From contig NZ_CP040093.1 in assembly GCF_006016075.1 (NCBI RefSeq), positions 1,239,069-1,303,068 on the forward strand: 64,000 nt of DNA. Reading direction: 5' to 3'. This stretch comes from Caloramator sp. E03. Lineage in GTDB: Bacteria; Bacillota; Clostridia; Clostridiales; Caloramatoraceae. Shown here piece by piece: positions 61,098 to 64,000 of the stretch. Under the pieces are notes generated by a model. That model searched no databases and had not been told where the DNA came from. It worked only from the letters and a program-made list of their open reading frames with translations. Each line of letters starts with the position of its first letter. Position 1 is the first letter of the stretch. The position numbers and the translations under genes were made by a program.

Positions 61098-61525
61098 TCA
61101 ATCTTAATTCCTGACTCATTAAGCATACTTTGAGAGAGCTCATCAGGATAATCACCTTTAAATACTATTCTTTTTATTCCCGATGCTATAAGTATTTTGG
61201 CACATATAACACAGGGCTGGGCTGTAACATAAATAGTAGAATCTTCAACGGATATTCCATATTTTGCTGCCTGAATGATTGCATTTTGTTCTGCATGAAG
61301 TGCTCTACAAAGCTCATGCCTTTCTCCTGAAGGAACATTAAGCTTTTGCCTTAAACAGCCTATCTCCTCACAATGTTTCATTTTGGGAGGAACACCATTA
61401 TATCCTGTTGTTAAAATTCTATTATCCTTTACTATTACAGCTCCAACTTGCCTTCTTAAGCATGTTGACCTTTTTTTTACAAGTTCTGCAATTTCCATAA
61501 AATATTCATCCCAAGATGGTCTCAT
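61088..61525 (-). CDS. comEB: dCMP deaminase (ComEB-type cytidine/deoxycytidylate deaminase)
   Basis: HAEQNAI and PCVICAKIL zinc-binding motifs. Confidence 0.85.
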   Translation of the reverse strand: MRPSWDEYFMEIAELVKKRSTCLRRQVGAVIVKDNRILTTGYNGVPPKMKHCEEIGCLRQKLNVPSGERHELCRALHAEQNAIIQAAKYGISVEDSTIYVTAQPCVICAKILIASGIKRIVFKGDYPDELSQSMLNESGIKIEKL

Positions 61526-61533
61526 TATACCAC

Positions 61534-62628
61534 CTACTTTGTACCAAATATTCTATCTCCTGCATCACCAAGACCGGGAACTATATATCCATGATCATTA
61601 AGCTTTTCATCTATATGAGCAACGAATATTTCAACGTCAGGATGCATTTCCCTAACAGCCTTTATTCCCTCTGGTGCAGAAATTAAGCACATAAGCTTTA
61701 TATTTTTAGCTCCCTTTTCCTTTAATAATGTTATTGCATCAACAGCAGAACCTCCTGTTGCAAGCATTGGATCAGTTATAATAACTTCTCTTTCTTCAAT
61801 ATCCAAAGGAAGTTTACAGTAATATTCAACAGGTTTTAATGTTTCAGGATCCCTGTATAATCCTATATGACCAACTTTTGCTGCAGGTATAAGCTTTAAC
61901 ATACCATCAACCATTCCAAGTCCCGCTCTTAGTATCGGAACTATTGCAACCTTCTTACCTGTCAACATCTTTGCAGTCATTTTACATATAGGAGTTTCAA
62001 TTTCAACATCCTCAAGCTGAAAATTTCTTGTAACCTCATAGCACATGAGCATAGCAACTTCAGATAGGAGTTCCCTAAAATCCTTTGAACCTGTATTTTT
62101 ATCCCTTATTATCGCAAGCTTATGCTGAATAAGTGGATGGCTGATAACAGTTACTTTCTCGTCCACTTCTATATTCCTCCTTAATAAGTATTTCTTTTCA
62201 ATATCATCTATTTTCCCAACCCTTCTTGCATGCCTTCCACCTTCAAATTCAGTGTCAATAAAAGCATCAACCATTTCAATGGCAATAGCCTCACCAGTGA
62301 TTTTTCCTCCTATCGCCAATACGTTTGCATTGTTGTGTTTTCTTGTCATTTTTGCACTATAAGCATCTGTGCAGTGAGCAGCTTTAATTCCTGGGACTTT
62401 ATTTGCTGCAATTGAAATTCCTATGCCTGTACTGCATATTAATATTCCTCTTTGACATTCTCCAGATACTATTGATTGTGCTACTGCTAATGCAAAATCA
62501 GGATAGTCGCAGGAATCTAATGAAAAGCATCCAAAATCCTTATATTCAATGCCCCTACCTGATAGATGTCTTAAAATAGCTTGTTTTAATTCATATCCTC
62601 CATGGTCACACCCTATAGCAAGTTTCAT
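61534..62628 (-). CDS. In-frame fusion ORF: ribose-5-phosphate isomerase B (N-terminal approx 150 aa) + uracil phosphoribosyltransferase (C-terminal approx 210 aa)
   Basis: RpiB motif [13 protein letters not shown]...[13 protein letters not shown]; Upp motifs [27 protein letters not shown]. No stop between them; internal RBS aaggagg + GTG (about 62179) would start Upp independently. Confidence 0.8.
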   Translation of the reverse strand: MKLAIGCDHGGYELKQAILRHLSGRGIEYKDFGCFSLDSCDYPDFALAVAQSIVSGECQRGILICSTGIGISIAANKVPGIKAAHCTDAYSAKMTRKHNNANVLAIGGKITGEAIAIEMVDAFIDTEFEGGRHARRVGKIDDIEKKYLLRRNIEVDEKVTVISHPLIQHKLAIIRDKNTGSKDFRELLSEVAMLMCYEVTRNFQLEDVEIETPICKMTAKMLTGKKVAIVPILRAGLGMVDGMLKLIPAAKVGHIGLYRDPETLKPVEYYCKLPLDIEEREVIITDPMLATGGSAVDAITLLKEKGAKNIKLMCLISAPEGIKAVREMHPDVEIFVAHIDEKLNDHGYIVPGLGDAGDRIFGTK

Positions 62629-62727
62629 AATTATATCCCTCCTTATGCACTCAAAAAAATATTTTACATTAAGCTTTTAATATTAACAATATCCTTTTTT
62701 AACAACAAAAAAGGAAAGTTAAGACAC

Positions 62728-63183
62728 TTAAAGTGCCCTATCTTTCCTTATTTTATCCAATATTCTATCAATTAAATACTTAAGCTGCTTGGCACAGTTT
62801 CTATAAATTTCAACATCTCCTCCAAAGGGATCAACTACATCTCCATCCAATCCTGCGTATTCCATAATTGTAAATACTTTCCCTTCAGATGAAGGGAAGA
62901 TCGATAAAAGCATATCCTTATGGGAATTTGTCATTGTAAGAATTAAATCGCTATCTTCTATAATCTGCTTTGTAACAGGTCTTGCAATATGACAGGATAA
63001 ATCAATCCCCATCTCTTGCATAACAATAACAGCATTTTTTGATGCACCATCCCCTTTAAAGGCATGAACCCCAGCTGAAGATATTTCAATATCTATATTT
63101 AACTTTTCAGCCTCACTTTTAGCTATTGCCTCAGCCATACAGCTTCTACATGTGTTTCCTGTGCATACAAAAAGCAGCTTCAT
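62728..63183 (-). CDS. ywlE: Low-molecular-weight protein phosphatase (YwlE-like)
   Basis: 151 aa, CTGNTCRS P-loop. Confidence 0.85.
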   Translation of the reverse strand: MKLLFVCTGNTCRSCMAEAIAKSEAEKLNIDIEISSAGVHAFKGDGASKNAVIVMQEMGIDLSCHIARPVTKQIIEDSDLILTMTNSHKDMLLSIFPSSEGKVFTIMEYAGLDGDVVDPFGGDVEIYRNCAKQLKYLIDRILDKIRKDRAL

Positions 63184-63192
63184 AATTTCCTC

Positions 63193-64000
63193 CTAAACTT
63201 TAACTATATTATATCCAGCAGCTTTTTTTAGCCTATTCATTATAGCAAGATTAATCCCTTCTTCGCCAAAACCTTCTGCATATATAATATCTACATCTAT
63301 TTTATCAAATTCTCTTAAACAATCAAATAAATTTGCAGCAATAATGCCAGGTTTTTTCCTGCTTCCAAGTGAAATTTTTAAACTACCTTTATATTCATTC
63401 ACAGTTTCATCTGTTGCTAAAATTCCTGTCTTAATACCTTTCATGTTATTTTCAAGAGTTTTACTGTTTATATATTCTATTACTCTATTTATATCCCCAC
63501 AAACAATAGTAAGTGGAGCCGATGGTGCATAATGCCTATATTTCATGCCTGGTGCTCTTGGCTTTTCATCATCCTTTAGCTTATCAAGTACTGCAGGATC
63601 TATAAAAACATTTCCAATAACCTCTTCCATCATCTCCTTTGTTATGGCTCCAGGCCTTAGTATTATAACTTCTCCATCGCTTACATCTACTACCGTAGAT
63701 TCAAGACCTACTTCACACTTTTCTCCCCCTATTATCATATCGACCTTTCCATTTAAATCCTCTATGCAATGTTCGATAGTTGTGGGGCTTGGCCTTCCTG
63801 ATATGTTTGCACTTGGTGCTGCAATAGGAACGCCACTATAGGATATAAGCTTTCTTGCAATTTTATTTAAAGGCATTCTTATGGCCACATTTTCAAGCCC
63901 TGCTGTTACCATATAAGGAATTGTATCAGATTTTGGCATTATAATTGTAAGAGGTCCTGGCCAAAAGTTTTCCATAAGAATTTTAGCTTTTTCAGGTATA
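63193..64000 (-). CDS. ywlC: L-threonylcarbamoyladenylate synthase (Sua5/TsaC/YwlC family), 5' end beyond window
   Basis: YrdC-domain motifs and Sua5 C-terminal domain; reading frame continues to window edge. Confidence 0.75.
   Translation of the reverse strand, partial: IPEKAKILMENFWPGPLTIIMPKSDTIPYMVTAGLENVAIRMPLNKIARKLISYSGVPIAAPSANISGRPSPTTIEHCIEDLNGKVDMIIGGEKCEVGLESTVVDVSDGEVIILRPGAITKEMMEEVIGNVFIDPAVLDKLKDDEKPRAPGMKYRHYAPSAPLTIVCGDINRVIEYINSKTLENNMKGIKTGILATDETVNEYKGSLKISLGSRKKPGIIAANLFDCLREFDKIDVDIIYAEGFGEEGINLAIMNRLKKAAGYNIVKV

Overview
This window looks like an AT-rich Clostridium-like (spore-forming, anaerobic Firmicute) chromosomal segment, mostly core metabolism with one accessory stretch (18.4-27.1 kb).

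Ordered content:
- NhaC-type antiporter and a DUF975 membrane protein.
- csoR-copA copper operon, with a zinc-ribbon DDE insertion sequence sitting between copA and copZ.
- A SleL/YaaH-like spore cortex hydrolase.
- A long minus-strand glycerol/dihydroxyacetone operon: glpF-glpK-glpA-oxidoreductase-DUF1667-dhaKLM.
- helD.
- A TPP riboswitch followed by thiC.
- The accessory stretch: an IS200-like REP-associated tyrosine transposase (RAYT) flanked by half-copies of a 39-nt perfect palindromic REP element. Further REP copies punctuate a locus of a Wzz/BY-kinase fusion, two secreted proteins and a Cache-GGDEF diguanylate cyclase. A 360-bp REP-bounded tandem duplication has created a GGDEF 3' gene fragment.
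- An orphan ascorbate-family PTS IIB/IIC with an MtlR-like regulator.
- NfeD/SPFH pair.
- hydE.
- Glycogen operon glgB-glgC-glgD-glgA-glgA'-GH13.
- hydF, hydG and a TM1266-like regulator.
- YvrJ/DUF2922/DUF1659 trio.
- nagA.
- metK with a SAM-I riboswitch.
- tRNA Val-Thr-Tyr cluster, ttcA-like gene, yyaC, fabZ.
- Sporulation/cell-wall block mbl-spoIIID-M23(spoIIQ-like)-spoIID-murA-ywmB-mnaA-tagO-comEB-rpiB/upp-ywlE-ywlC.

No CRISPR array and no prophage were seen. The most interesting signals are the REP/RAYT system with its tandem duplication, and a second repeat family clustered between the metK promoter and the tRNA terminator.

Coordinates read from the printed sequence may be off by about 2 nt in places: one printed line near 54.06 kb appears 2 nt short relative to the ORF track.
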